Below, piece by piece: positions 1 to 13,337 of a DNA stretch of 64,000 bases (position 1 is the first letter of the stretch; every line of letters starts with the position of its first letter). The translations under genes were made by a program, and so were the position numbers. Source of the DNA: Bugula neritina (taxonomy: Eukaryota; Animalia; Bryozoa); contig OZ037772.1 of NCBI GenBank assembly GCA_964035545.1, positions 2,108,001 to 2,172,000 on the forward strand, written 5' to 3'. Under the pieces are notes generated by a model. It worked only from the letters and a program-made list of their open reading frames with translations, made no database searches and was not told where the DNA came from.

Positions 1-166
1 GTTTCCACAGATATTTAATGTTTAAGAATAAGAGTTTTTCCATGAGTTGCCTGTATTATATAATTCTGTATATTTAACAGCTGAACAGGTTTTAGAAGTT
101 TTATGTGATGTTTGTATTGTGTTAGTGTGAAAAAGAGAAGTTGTATTCTCTATTGTTTGTTGTCAG

Positions 167-1335
167 GTGGATCCAGATGGTGGCTCCATAGCTAATGCTA
201 TCCAGGCTTACTGTCGCAAGGAAATGAAGAGCACTTGTATTAATGCCAAGACCTCTGAGTTTGCCACCAAATCATACGTCACCCAGCAGCTAGATAATCA
301 GCCATTCGTTGCTAAACACATGGGAACAACAATTGTGAGTGTTTATCTTGCATCAACGATGACTTTCTCAGTAATACTTGAGAATATTCAAAAGTTTTAT
401 GTTGAGAATTGTCGCTATAGTAACATATTTGTTTACTGTATGGATGTTGATAAGTGTTGCTATAGTAACATGTTGGTTTCCTGTATGGATGTTGATAAGT
501 GTTGCTATAGTAACATGTTGGTTTCCTGTATGGATTGTAGTTTGAGTATCAGGCAGAGTCTTCCCAACTCAACTTCCTTCGAATTCATTCTGAGAGAGCA
601 AACCCTGACTTACAGGTAATAGTCACTGCTAGCAGCTTATCAAATAGTCACTAGTTGCTAGTCACCAGTTGCTAGTTGCCAATCACCAGATACTAGTCCT
701 CTACTATGTTGCAAGTCACTTGATAATCTGAACAATCACAGGCTTTTTTAAGCTGAGCGAGTTGTTGGTATGACTATTCCTTTTGTCGATTGTAGATGTA
801 TAAACTCAGTGGCGGTAGAAGCCGCATACGGTAGGAAGAATAAGTCAGTCATTTTATATACAGCTGGTGATAAAGAATACACAGCGACAGATAGCAGGTT
901 TCAATATTCAGTGCTGCAGGATGATTGCAAGGTATGTAAATGTGACCTATATAATGTAAATCTGACCTATATAGTGTAAACCTGATCTATATAGTGTAAA
1001 TCTGACTTCTATAGTGTAAATATGACCTGCATATGCACATGATTGCGATAGTTGCATCTTTTGTTCTATTAATTTACTGTGGAGCTTGCTTTTGAGGCTT
1101 GTAATAAATGTTTACGAGTTCAACCCAAAAGCCACTTTGAGTGCTGTACGAGTTTAGAGTTTTGAGTTTGCCGTCTGCCATTTTGTAGTATGCCAAATCA
1201 TCAGAAGCTCAGACAGTGATTGAGATTGACACCAAGACCGCCACCCACTTGCCTATTATTGACATTGCTCCTGGTGACATCTGGACCACCCACAAAGAGT
1301 TTGGGGTTCAGCTTGGAGAAGTCTGCTTTTCATAG
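167..1335 (+). pseudogene. Fibrillar collagen C-propeptide (COLFI) last four exons, copy 1 (167-334, 541-615, 796-931, 1189-1335), frameshifted
   Basis: AG/GT-bounded exons give VDPDGGSIANAIQAYC..., FEYQAESSQLNFLRIHSERA/QTLTYR, CINSVA...VLQDDCK, TVIEIDTKTATHLPIIDIAPGDIW...EFGVQLGEVCFS*, matching COLFI motifs (IDPN.G...DAI..C; QL.FLR..S..A.Q..TY.C.NSVA; LPIID.AP.DIG...EFG...G.VCF). Exon 2 shifts frame near 598, giving an early TAG in exon 3. Confidence 0.9.
414..538. repeat. 45-bp tandem repeat, about 3 copies, ending at a splice acceptor
   Basis: Unit tgttgctatagtaacatgttggtttcctgtatggatgttgataag; related copy at about 11590-11698. Confidence 0.8.
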
Positions 1336-2259
1336 ACTCATATCTAACAACAGTGTTATTTGGCTGATTTTTTAAAACTGTCCCTGATTAGATAATTAGT
1401 GGCCAATCAGAGAATTCAATCAATGTTGGTTGGCTGAGACCAGCAGTCTGATTCTTATATAACCTAATTGTTAAATGAAATATTTGATTACTCTAAATAA
1501 ATTTATCCGAGATTTCCAAGGCAGTGATGGTGATTTTTGTACATATAAATTTGAAGGAGTTTAGCTATAGGGTTTATGCTGTTTTTTTAATTATTTCACC
1601 ATAACCTGAGATTGTGAGTAGTAATTCTAGAATAAGGTAGGGAGGGTGTAAAGCCCTTCCCTATGACTTTATGTATTTAGAAACTGTTGTTAATTTAGTA
1701 ATTCTGTTGGTGCTACATTTTTAAATTCATTTAATCCAAACATTTCTCTATTACAAAATATATTTTACCATAAGGTGCTACACAATTTATTTCTCAGCTT
1801 GTAGATTACATCATCAAAATTATTGAAGTAATAAAATTGGTCCAGAATTTGTAAGAAGCTGCAGTTTTCAGATCTGATTATTTAACCTATTTATCCTGAA
1901 ATTAAACATTGTTAGTTTAAAATGGAGTGTAACATATATTTTAGTCACTTAATTCAAACTGTGTTGACCATATCAACATTTTAAATTTTACTTTGGCTGC
2001 TATGAAGTACATAAGTAAATGGCATTAAATTTCACAGGTCACATCATCTTGTAAAAGTTAATTGTAAATAAAAATAAATTTCTAGTGTTTTTGAGAAGCT
2101 ACAGGTTTGTATGTTTGAACAAATGTAACATAATGTTCCTTAATGTCAATATTCTGCTTTTACAACAATACCATAAACATTGTGACTCTGTCAGTAGCCA
2201 AAAGAAATGATGAAAAAAGTTGTTTACTAACACAACTAGTAAATTTTATAAATATCAGA

Positions 2260-3852
2260 CACGATTTAGAGAAGAGTTGATGCTGCCCCGCTGCTGCGGG
2301 ACGGCGGAAGATTTTTGAAAACATAGATTGGGACTTTGGCAGAGTCAGACTTGGGCTCGCATTTGAAAGACTTGTTACTGAAAGCAGAAACAATAAATAT
2401 CAAAATTGTCTAATTTTCAGGTTTCTGGGAAATTTCTTTAGATGTATATCTGAAACTAACAATGTTTTACTAACCTTCATGTCAGGAGTTCTCTTCATCA
2501 TTGTTGTACAGACTTTGAATACTGTCACATATCAACTGGAAACACACATTTCAATCATTAACTCAAGCACAATCAACATAGAAGTTTAGCAATTACCAGT
2601 GAGCGTTGAAAGAATTTCAACAGATTGAAAACTTTTCCAAATAAATTATAAGTCTACAAACTGTTTTTGATCTAGCAATGAGCCATTTTAATTCGATACA
2701 TAGTGGTGATCGCTTAGCTGGGATCTTGGTTGGGGGTGGGGTCTATTCCTGCCATTGTTTCTGCCCATCTCAGTGTCTCTGCTACACACTCCTATGTAAC
2801 AGATGTATGAGTTATATCCATTATACTGTATGCCTTCAGCACATATATGTCATACATCCATATTGCACCTTATCACAGTGGTAACTGGTATAAAATGTAT
2901 CACCTTATATGCGTCAAATTGCGTGACTATCAGCTTCTTCTGAAAAGTCAAACTTTGCACTTTGGCTTCAGCCTTCGTCATTCGAGAATATAACTGAGAA
3001 ACAACATCCTGCCAATAGGAAGACAGATAGCAGCGTAAATTTTTCAAATTTTGGTTTTCCTGATGTCAAACACAGAAAGGTTTAACTCATGAAAACACAG
3101 CACTAATTAAACAGGGAGAACTATTATATTAATTCAAGGGAACCTTTAGGTTACAACTCGTTAGCAAAGTGGGTATCTCGAGGATTTTGTATTGGTGAAC
3201 TTCAGCCTATAAATGGCTCGTTTTACTCTTTTGCTCACAAAGTTTATCAACAAGATAGAAAAGCTTAACATATTCACTAGAAGAAGATTGTATCTGCTAA
3301 AGACTATGTCCAGCTATTATAGATTATAGATTGTATCTACAATCACATGGCACACTCACAGTAAACTTGTTAGCTTATTACTAAGCAGTGAACTTCAAAC
3401 TATTAGGCAGAGTGTTAACAAAGGAAGTCACTTCCAACAACTGCATATCTGTTGAGAATAGCTCACTGCGGCCAGCTAAAGACTATGTCCAGCTATTATA
3501 CACACTTTAGTCACAAATAATTAATTATATTTCACTTGCAAAATGCAAGGATTCGGTAACATACATTAGCCCTGGCGATATGTTTTCTCATCTTGATAAT
3601 ATCCCATTGTTGAAAGGCTATCATTCGCTCCTTCTTAGCGACAAGTGCATTAGCAGCTTCCAGTTCAATTTTCAGTTTGTCATTGATGCTCTCTGCATCT
3701 GCCGTGGAGTCACTAATCTGCTACATAGACACCTGCTGCTTGGCTAATTCTTTCTGAACTGTGAACAACTCACAGTTGAGGCTCTTCAACTTGTCCTGCA
3801 ACTGGCCAACTTCTTCTTGTAGAGTTCCGGAAGTCTGTTTTTCAACAAAAAG
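2260..3852 (-). pseudogene. 3' exons of a coiled-coil protein with a PACT-like (pericentrin/AKAP9-type) motif (3852-3565, 3059-2904, 2535-2475, 2377-~2260)
   Basis: Four phase-compatible AG/GT exons. Coiled-coil segment, then QLYSRMTKAEAKVQSLTFQKKLIVTQFDAYK, resembling PACT (LY.+YL+AESFRKALIYQKKYL), and later SKIFRR. In-frame TAG at 3723-3721 and a TGA in the third exon. Confidence 0.55.
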
Positions 3853-4489
3853 CTGTGTTCGCAGGTCACAATACACAATGTTATATATGTTATATATGAT
3901 ATATATGTACTTTGCCTCTTTATATTGGAAACTTGGTTTCTTTACTGCATAACCAATTGTGAAACAACACTGATGTTTCAAACACAGCACGCTTAGCGCA
4001 TTTCAAAATCATTTGAAAAAAATGGGACATTTTCAAATTGATGTACGTTGATTGACTGACTGATTCAGATAAGCTTTGATCTGAACAGACAACTCTTAAT
4101 CTACAGAGAAATTTTAATATTTGTGACACAGAATAATATAAAATAATCCTGCAGCATCCTGTTTCACAGAAATCTTATGGTTTTGTATTTAGGAATGAGC
4201 AAAGTACAAATGGAAGAGTCCAAGCTACTCATTTACTTTGATATAACACATTGAATAAAACACAATAATTCTCATCACAGATTGTAGACTAATAATTATG
4301 GTTTTCATACAAAATTAATTTGTCAGCAACTTCTTCTAGTTTGAAAAAAGCAATAGATTTTACTAAATTTACTACTAAACTGTTAATCTAAATATGGAAT
4401 GGATAATTCAACATCCCGTAGCATAGCTAAAATTTCACCAAGTTGCATTGCATCTTAAAAGAATAGTAAGTGTAATCATAACTAAACTA

Positions 4490-4596
4490 ACATGTGTCAT
4501 CACAACTAGAATAGTATGAGTCACCACAACTAGAATAGTATGAGTCACCACAACTAGAATAGTATGAGTCATCACAACTAGAATAGTATGTGTCAT
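4490..4596. repeat. 24-bp tandem repeat, about 4 copies
   Basis: Unit gtcaccacaactagaatagtatga. Confidence 0.75.
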
Positions 4597-4604
4597 AGAC
4601 CTAC

Positions 4605-4752
4605 CTGCCTTTCTGCTTTTCACCAGCCGGGTGTCTCCCAGCATAGAAGAAGTGGTTGATATTGTCAGGGTAGCTGCGCGGTTTCTCTCTGCATTTCTTG
4701 TATGCTTCTTCATCAAACGTCTTACATGGACCAAACTCAAACACTTGGCTTA
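4605..4752 (-). other. Orphan exon-like segment of an unidentified gene
   Basis: ttacag/GTAGGT boundaries, raised GC, open frame SQVFEFGPCKTFDEEAYKKCREKPRSYPDNINHFFYAGRHPAGEKQKG; phase not compatible with the 3852 exon. Confidence 0.4.
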
Positions 4753-5428
4753 CTGTAACGCAATATACTAGAACATGCTAGAATATACTATACTAGGGTA
4801 CACTATACTATACTAAGAACACACTAGAATATACTAAGTAATTGTAAACATTTGGTTTACTGTAACATAATTTAAAAATATATTAGTTGCTGACAGACAG
4901 ACAGACAGACATTGCATAGTTTGTTAAGTGTTAAGTGTTAAGCTTCATGCTACTTTACCTGAGCATTCTATGCTATTGAATGTTTATTTTCTGCAATATT
5001 TCTAGCTGTTATAGCTTTGAATTTAACATTTTTATGGTGTTTGTGATACAAGTTTCATTTGTTAATAAAGGTGTGCATTCTTTGGCTGAAATGTGGTTTA
5101 CTTAGCTAGACTGATCCTAGTGACTTCCAATATTACTATATTTATGATGCTGCTATTCTAGTAAACTGAATGGTGAAGACTGACTAAGGAAAGAGACAGC
5201 ACGTCACAAGACCGCTGTATCCAGGTGTCCTTGCCGAAGTGACTCCCCTCTCAACTACCGCATAGCATATAAACCCACAAATCACTCTACACCACCATCT
5301 TCTGTCCTACAATCTCAGTCTAACCAACCAATGGTAAGTCATAACCAACTTCTGTCAGTCACTCATTCAACATGGTGCATTCTGATTGCATCAATTATAC
5401 ATCTGTTGAGTACTACTGCATGCTGTAG

Positions 5429-6499
5429 AACGGTCCCGACTTGCAAGGAGCGGATGGTGGTGAGGAGTTTCTGATTGACGATTCAGATGAAGATATGTCC
5501 CTGGACCCTCTGACTCCGTCTGGAGAATACTCAAAGAGCTGTCCAATCATGACGAGAGGTTAGTCTTTCATCAAATAATTGCTTTGGCCTATCGCTTGTT
5601 AAATAAATAAACGCTGCTGATATAATGAACAGTTTTAAAATAGTGCAGACTAACTTATCCCGATGTATTACACTATGGTTCTTGTAAAGTTTACTGACTA
5701 ACATTAGGTCATCTGTTGAGATGTGTCACTAGTTTCTAGAATTTTATTTCTACTCTGTGTAAAAAATGTTGTAAGTTGGTCTCACTAGGGTAAACTGTAG
5801 TTGTGATTAACTTCTATGGCTTTTACAGAGCTACGAGCATGAAGAGTGCAGGTGCAGGAAAGCTAGTTACTCCGCTTTGGTCACTCTTTACATGATAATA
5901 GGAGATAATCTCAAGCCATATTTGTCTGTAATAACTGGCAGCAAGGTAGGCCATCAGTTCTTCACAAAAAACATGTTTGAAACTAAACTATAAAGATCTG
6001 CTGAGAATAAGTGCCGGTTACTTGCACTCTAGTAAACAGTAAATCTTATGGATGTATATTTTATCCAAACTCGTATGTTTTGAATTGCCCCTAGCACATT
6101 TATAACCAAAGAGTTTTGGTAACAACATTTTTATTTTAGTTATTTTTATATGATAGTTTTTATACTTAGCTCAATAATTGAATTTACTACTTGTCTAAAT
6201 AATACATCAGAAAAATGCAAAATAAATGTCATTTTCAATATTAAATGTAGATTTCACCTCCCACGTTTAACATCACACATTTATAGAGTTGGCTATTAAA
6301 TGACCAAGTCTTTGGTATGAATAAACTGGACAGTATTTGGCTAATGACTATACAATGTACCATCATTATTGACTCTGTGGTTGGCACCACATTTCCCTGA
6401 CTATTCTATCTTTTGTAGCTGAAACTTCTCAATCTATATATTAAAAGAGCAGAAGAAAAGTGTGCAGAGCTTCACCACGACACTATCACAAAGAAGTAA
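5429..6499 (+). pseudogene. CLASP: CLASP (CLIP-associating protein) 3' fragment A (5429-5558, 5829-5945, 6419-6499; a possible further exon ends at 5333)
   Basis: RILKELSNHDER, RKAS..ALV.LYMIIGDNLKPYLS..TGSK and LKLLNLYIKRA match the CLASP C-terminal domain. Frameshift near 5508; three internal exons absent relative to fragment B. Confidence 0.85.
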
Positions 6500-7320
6500 G
6501 TTACTCAAGAATTACTTTCTTATATTCACAAGAGTCAGATGTTGAGAGCCAGCTATGCCTCAGTTGACAACAAGATGGGAGACGCCCACGGTTCTACCGT
6601 CAACGCTAAGAGTGCCATGAAAAATATGAAGAAACATACCCTCAACATGTAGACATTGCATCGAACCAGTCTGAGCTAATGTCAAGGTTAAACTCTGTTT
6701 CCTGTTGATGGACTTCCTTCTTGAATATCAGCTGTACCTTTATCTTGTATAGATATTTTAATTATATTTTCCTTGTATGATTAGGAAAATAGTTTGGATA
6801 CAAATGTCACAATTTACTCTTTATTGTTTATGTGCTTTTGAAAATCATGTTTGGTAATTTTTTTATGTTGCTGTGATCAATTGTTTAATAATAATAGATA
6901 ATGATTATTCAATAATGACTTCTTCTGAAATTCCCTCAGGGCGTTGCATGTTGTCTATTTTAAAGAGAAAGTAAAGCATTGCCTATAAACAAACAAATGG
7001 AGCAGCTGTGGTTTAGGGTAAACACAATGTCAATGATTTGAATCTCTGGTAAACAATAAGACATTTTCATAATGACCATAGAAAGCTCCATTAAATTGTT
7101 TATCACTAAACAATAGTTCTATATACTTCAAGTGGTTCATTTCATGATCCTAGTTTAGCATCCAAAGAGAAATCTCATGATAAGTAGTCTATGAGAGTGC
7201 AAGGGAATAAAATAGATATGAAGAACACAATCAAAGTAGAAAAACAAAACAATAACGATAATTAGTAGGGAATTAACAAACAGCCATTTTGATTTGAAAG
7301 AGGACTGAGAAAACTGCATA
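5675..7320 (+). repeat. Direct duplication of about 9350-10990 (CLASP last two exons and 3' flank)
   Basis: Collinear, highly similar sequence read directly in both places. Confidence 0.9.
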
Positions 7321-7843
7321 ACTCTGTTTAGAGTTGTCTTCTTAATTTTGAGCTCATGGCATGTGTATGTGCTACCTAGCAGCAGTACTATAATATAAAC
7401 AAGAAACAATCTCCGTTATATGCCCATCATTGACATCTTTGATGCATCTATTGATTCTATTATCAGGTATTAGCGGTTAAATTAGTTTTTTCAACTTTTT
7501 CTAAAATAGTTAGCTCAGCTAACAGACTGGTTTAAAAAATTACACTTTGAAATATTTTTTTTTTTTGTAATTCTGTTCTAAGCATTGTCCTACAGTGGCA
7601 AATTCTCAGGCCTACTTTTAACAGTCAGCTGTTGGAGCAGCAAAGTAGTTTGGGTTGAATAGTGTATATTAATAACTTTCCTTTTAATGACTGACAGTCT
7701 AGTAGCAATACAAACAATACTTTTACAAAACTTTTCATCTTTACCAACAACACAGCTAAATGCTGAAACAGTTTTAAAATAGTGCAGACTAACTTATCTC
7801 AATGTATACTGCTATATGGTCAGTGTCAAATGTGTATGTATAG

Positions 7844-10180
7844 ACATAAAGAAAGAATACAAGCAATGGAAGACCTGATTTGTATGGCTATAGAAAAGGT
7901 GGTAATGATGCCAGATGGGATGAACATTTTGAGACATTACTCTTACTGTTGATTGAGACTTTACGAGACAGAGATGTAAAACAAGTTTATTAAATTAATG
8001 AAGTTTTCTCCTCCTGTCATGTTTTAAATAGCAATCAGTTAGTTGTTGTTCTGCTGTTACAACTTAGTTAAAGGATTGCTCAATCTTAGTTTATTGCAAT
8101 CACATTATAATTATGAACTATAATCTAATGTGTATGCAAACAATTGTGGCTTTGCAAAGGGATATGTGCCTAGAAAACAGCTTTTCAAAATTCCAATTCT
8201 GAGGGAGGTAAAATTTTCAGCCATGAAAAAGAAGAGCCTAAAACGTGACGTGTGAACGCCAGTAACTATGCTGCACGTGCTAACTATAACGCTAGTATTC
8301 AAGGTTGCTGGGCACAACATCAACCAATAACGCTCAAGCAGTTACAGTGCGCTATATAGGTCAGCTTTGGTGTGCCCGTAATATTGCACAATCTGACCAA
8401 GTTTAGATCGATCGCAGGCATTCATCCTAAAGAATGCATGTTTTTGCAAGGCTTTTTCTAATGTTTACAAGCAAAATATAGCCTAATGCTATCACATACA
8501 TGTTATTTAAAATGTCAAAAAACTATAGGTTGAGATAATTCACATTTGCACTTCTATAAATATACAAATTACAAGCTAAAAGATTACATCTCACAGTCAT
8601 ATTTCTATAGTTATTCATTTGTATAGTCACGTGACCAGCAGGAATGCTGGCGCTGTTACGTCACATTTCCCAGCTCATTTCAAAATCGGCGTTTTGGCTG
8701 TTGCCAATCTACACCCTCAACTTCAACTAACTTTTTTTACCTTTGGTCAAATGCTTTTTGTCAATGCATGCTTAGAAAAACACAATATTATGTGTGTTTG
8801 ACCTAAATGGCCATTTATTAGACAAGATAGAGCAATCCTTTAAGCTGATACATGTGGTATTTAGGAATTGATAAGAACCAGTGCCTTGAAAGTGCTCCGA
8901 TAGCTGATCAATTGGGAGAAACACCGATTTGATAGCTATGCTGAACTCACCATATACAATATCATACAAGCTCATAAGGATGCCTGCAAGTGGGTGAGAA
9001 CTTTGTCCTCCAGTAATCCTGCTCATTCGAATAAACGTTACAGTACTGGTGATTCATATTAAAATATATTTCTTGTTTTAAGCTTTTAGTACTGTTGCTT
9101 GTGATGGTGAGAGAACTGTGTTGACTATAAACCTTTAGGTGTACCGAGCAGCTGAGGAGTGTGCTATAACACTGGCCATGTCACTGAAGCCTGAGCACTC
9201 TGTCGTAGTACTGGCTAAACTAACAGACAGTCTTGAGTACCCACTATTAGTAGCCACTATAAAGACACTCACACATGTTATTAAACGAATGAGTGAAGAA
9301 TCCTTAATCAAAGTTATTCAACAGCTGATACTAAGTCTTATTAAGGTATTACGCTATGGCTCTGGTAAAGTTTACTGACTAACGTTAAGTCATCTGTTGA
9401 GATATGTCACTAGTTTCTAGGATTTTATTTCTAGTCGGTGTAAAAGATGTTGTAAGTTGATCTCACTAGTGTACACTGTAGTTGTGATCAACTTCTATGG
9501 CTTTTACAGGGCTATAAACATAAAAAGTGCAGGTGCAGGAAAGCTAGTTGCTTCGCTTTGGTCGCTCTTTACATGAAAATAGGAGATAATCTCAAGCCAT
9601 ATTTGTCTGTACTAACAAGCAGCAAGGTAGGCCATCAGTTCTTCACAAAAAACATGTCTGAAACTAAACTATAAAAATCTGCTGAGAATAAGTGCCTGTT
9701 CCTTTTACTCTAGTAAACAGTAAATCTAATGGATGTATATTTTATCCAAAATCGTATGTTTTGAACTGCCCCTATCAAATTTATAGCCAAAGAGTTTTGG
9801 TAACAACATTTTTATTTTAGTCATTTTTATATGATAGTTTTCATACTTAGCTCAATAATTGAATTTACTACTTGTCTAAATAATACATCGGAGAAATGCA
9901 AAATAAAAGTTATTTTCAATATTAAAAGTATATTTCACCTCCCACGTCTAACACCACACATTTATAGAGTTGGCTATTAAATGACCAAGTCTTTGGTATG
10001 AATAAACTGGACAGTATTTGGCTAATGACTATACATTGTACCATCATTATTGACTCTGTGGTTGGCATCACACTTCCCAGACTATTCTATCTTTTGTAGC
10101 TGAAACTTCTCAATTTATATATTAAGAGAGCAGAAGAAAAGCGTGCAGAGCTTCACCACGACACTATCACAAAGAAATAA
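7844..10180 (+). pseudogene. CLASP: CLASP 3' fragment B (7844-7975, 8865-8993, 9139-9345, 9510-9626, 10100-10180)
   Basis: WDEHFETLLLLLIETL.D.D; IRTSALKVLR*...RF.SYAELTI...AHKD; VYRAAEE.A.TLA.S..PE....YP...A.IK; LKLLNLYIKRA. In-frame TAG at 8901-8903 and a frameshift in the first exon. Confidence 0.9.
8072..8839. mobile_element. Non-autonomous DNA transposon, Kolobok-like (768 bp)
   Basis: TTAA on both sides (8068-8071, 8840-8843); 16-bp TIR aggattgctc(a/t)atctt with one mismatch; AG...CT termini. Confidence 0.75.
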
Positions 10181-11347
10181 GTTACTCAGGAATTACTTCC
10201 TTATATTCACAAGAATCAGATGTTGAGAGCCAGCATTGCCTCAGTTGACAACAAGATGGGAGACGCCCACGGTTCTACCGTCAATGCTAAGGGTGCCATG
10301 AAAAATATGAAGAAACGTACCCTCAACATGTAGACATTGCATCACCAGTCTGAGCTAATGTCAAGGATAAACTCTGTTTCCTGTTGATGGACTTCCTTCT
10401 TGAATATCAGCTGTACCTTTACCTTGCACCTTGTGAAGATTTTAATTATATTCTCCTTGTATGATTAGGAAAATAGTTTAGATACAAATGTCACAATTTA
10501 CCCTTTATTGTTTACGTGCTTTTGAAAATCCTGTTTGGTAATTTTTTATGTTGCTATGATCAATTGTTCAATAATAATAGATAATGATTACTTCTTCTGA
10601 AATTCCTTTGGGATGTTGCATGTTGCCTATTTTAAAGAAGAAAGTAAAGCATTGTTTATAAATAAACAAAGGAAACAGCTCTGGTCTAGGGTAAACACAA
10701 TGTCAATGATTTGAATCTCTGGTAAACAATAAGGCATTTTCATAATGACCAGAGAAAGCTCTATTTAGCTGTTTATCACTAAACAATAGTTCTATATACT
10801 TCAAGTGGTCAATTTCATGATCAAAGTTTAGCATCAAAAAAAAGTTATTGATAAGTAGTCTATGAGAACGCAAGGAAATAGAATTGATATGAAGAACACA
10901 ATCAAAGTGGAAAAACAAAGCAATAACGATAATTAGTTGTGACTTAACAAACAGCCATTTTAATTGGAGAGAAGGCTGGGAAAACTGTAGAGAACTTTTC
11001 ACTGAAAACCCAGAGTTCAAAATAAAAATTTATTGGGTGAGAATAATGCTGATATGTTTCTATTTTCTCTGCTCAGAGGAATTCTGTATCCAAGTCTGAT
11101 GACTGAAATTCTGTGAACATGTTTTATATTCTGCAATTGCTACTCCTGAGATGTCAATATAATGTCATGTGAAGTTTCCACAGATATTTAATGAATTGTT
11201 GTTTAGGAATAAGAGTTTTTCCATGTGTTGCCTGTATTATATAATTCTGTATATTCAACAGCTGAACAGGTTTTAGTAGTTTTATTCGATATTAGCATTA
11301 TGTTAGTGTGAAATATAGAAGTTGTATTCTCTATTGTTTGTTGTCAG

Positions 11348-12092
11348 GTGGATCCAGATGGTGGCTCCACAGCTAATGCTATCCAGGCTTACTGTCGCAA
11401 GGAAATGAAGAGCACTTGTATCAATGCCAAGACCTCCGAGTTTGGCACCAAGTCGTACGTCACCCAGCAGCTAGATAATCAGCCATTCGTCGCTAAACAC
11501 ATGGGAACAGCACTCGTGAGTGTTTATCTTGTATCAACCATGACTTTCTTAGTAATAGTCAAGAATATCCAAGAGTTTTATGTTGATCATTGTCGCTATA
11601 GTAACATATTTGTATACTGTATGAATGTTCATAAGTGTTGCTATAGTAACATGTTGGTTTCCTGTATGGATGTTGATAAGTGTTGCTATAGTAACATGCA
11701 GATTACTATATCTATTTCATAAATCACCCAAAAAATAACAGGCATCTTCTTAAGCTGAGTGATTTCTTTGCAGGATTTTTGCAAGGTATCTAAATCTGAC
11801 CTATATACTGTAAATCTGACCTATATACTGTAAATATGACCTATATAGTGTAAACCTGACCTATAAAGCGTAAATTCGACCTACATATGAACATGATTGC
11901 GATAGTTGCATCTTTTTTTGTATTAATATACAATATTTTGTAGAATTCCAAATACCATCCAAAGCTCTGACAGTGATTGAGATTTACACCAAGACCCCCA
12001 CCCACTTGCCTATTATTGACATTGCTCCTGGTGACATCTGGACCACCCACAAAGTGTTTGGGGTTCAGCTTGGAGAAGTCTGCTTTTCATAG
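11348..12092 (+). pseudogene. Fibrillar collagen COLFI fragment, copy 2 (exon 11348-11515 and last exon 11944-12092; middle exons largely deleted)
   Basis: 11175-12790 duplicates 1-2030; only a remnant of the third exon remains near 11770-11785. Confidence 0.88.
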
Positions 12093-12806
12093 ACTCATAT
12101 CTAACAACAGTTTTATTTGTCCGATTTGTAAGACTGTCCCTGATTAGATAATTAATGGCCAATCAGAGAATGCAATCAATGTTTGGTTGGCTGAGCCCAA
12201 CAGTCTGATTTTTATATAACCTAATTTTTAAATGAAATATTTGATTACTCTAAATAAATTTATCCGAGACTTCTGAGGCAGTGATGGTGATTTTTGTACA
12301 TATAAATTTGAAGAAGTTTAGCTATAGGGTATATGCTGTTCTTTTAATTATTCCACCATAACCTGAGATTGTGAGCAGTAATTGTAGAATGAGTTAGGGA
12401 GGGTGTTATGCCCCTTCCTATGACTTTATATATTTAGAAACTGTTGTTGATTTAGTAATTCTGTTGGTGCTACATTTTTAAATTAATTTAATCCCATCAT
12501 TTCTCTGATATTGCAAAATATATTTTACCATATGGCCCTACACAACTTATTTCTCAGCTTGTAAATTTCATCATCAAAATTATTACAGTACTAAAGTTGG
12601 TCACAGATTTCTGATAAGCTGCAGTTTTCAGATTTGATTATTTAACCTATTCATCCTGAAATGAGACACTGTTAGTTTAAAATGGAATTGAACATATATT
12701 TTAGTTACTTAGTTCCAACTGTGTGGACCATATCAACATGTTAAATTTTACTTTGGCTACTATGAAGTATATAAGCAAATGGCATTAAGTTATTAATATA
12801 TAATAA

Positions 12807-13135
12807 GGTTTACAAAGACTTAATATACCAAGCAACTGTGACAAGACATGACAATAACTCCAGCCAATCATACACAGGACTCTGTTCAACTACCTTCAAA
12901 GCCAGACTCAACAACCATAAAGCCTCTTTCCTACATGCAGATAAACAACACACAACTCAGCAGACACATCCGGAATTTAGAACAAAAACAACACGCAATT
13001 CAGCCTAAAATGGATCATTTTAAAAATTTGTAAATCATACTCAAAACCTAATCAACAGATGTAACTTATTTAGCTATGAGAAATATGTAATTTTTAAACA
13101 ACCGGAGTTATCCACTCTCAACAAACGCAAAGAGC
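12807..13135 (+). mobile_element. Penelope-like element remnant, GIY-YIG endonuclease region
   Basis: With frameshifts: LIYQATV...SY(T/I)GL.STTFKARLNNHKASF...TQLSRHI..L...KWIIL...RCNL..YEK..I.....STLNKR.E. Confidence 0.75.
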
Positions 13136-13337
13136 GAAGTGTGAGAATTCCGTGCTAGTGACCTGCCACACACAGTGCGTGTGTTGCGAGTGCAAAATAT
13201 TATTAGCAAATGATGTTAGCGCTAAACTTTACTGCTCGCCTACAGACGTTTGTTTTTAAACAGCGTCACCGGGCAAAGTAATTTGGATATTATAAAAGCG
13301 GAAATGCAAAATATATAAAACTGTTTTAATTCAGCTC

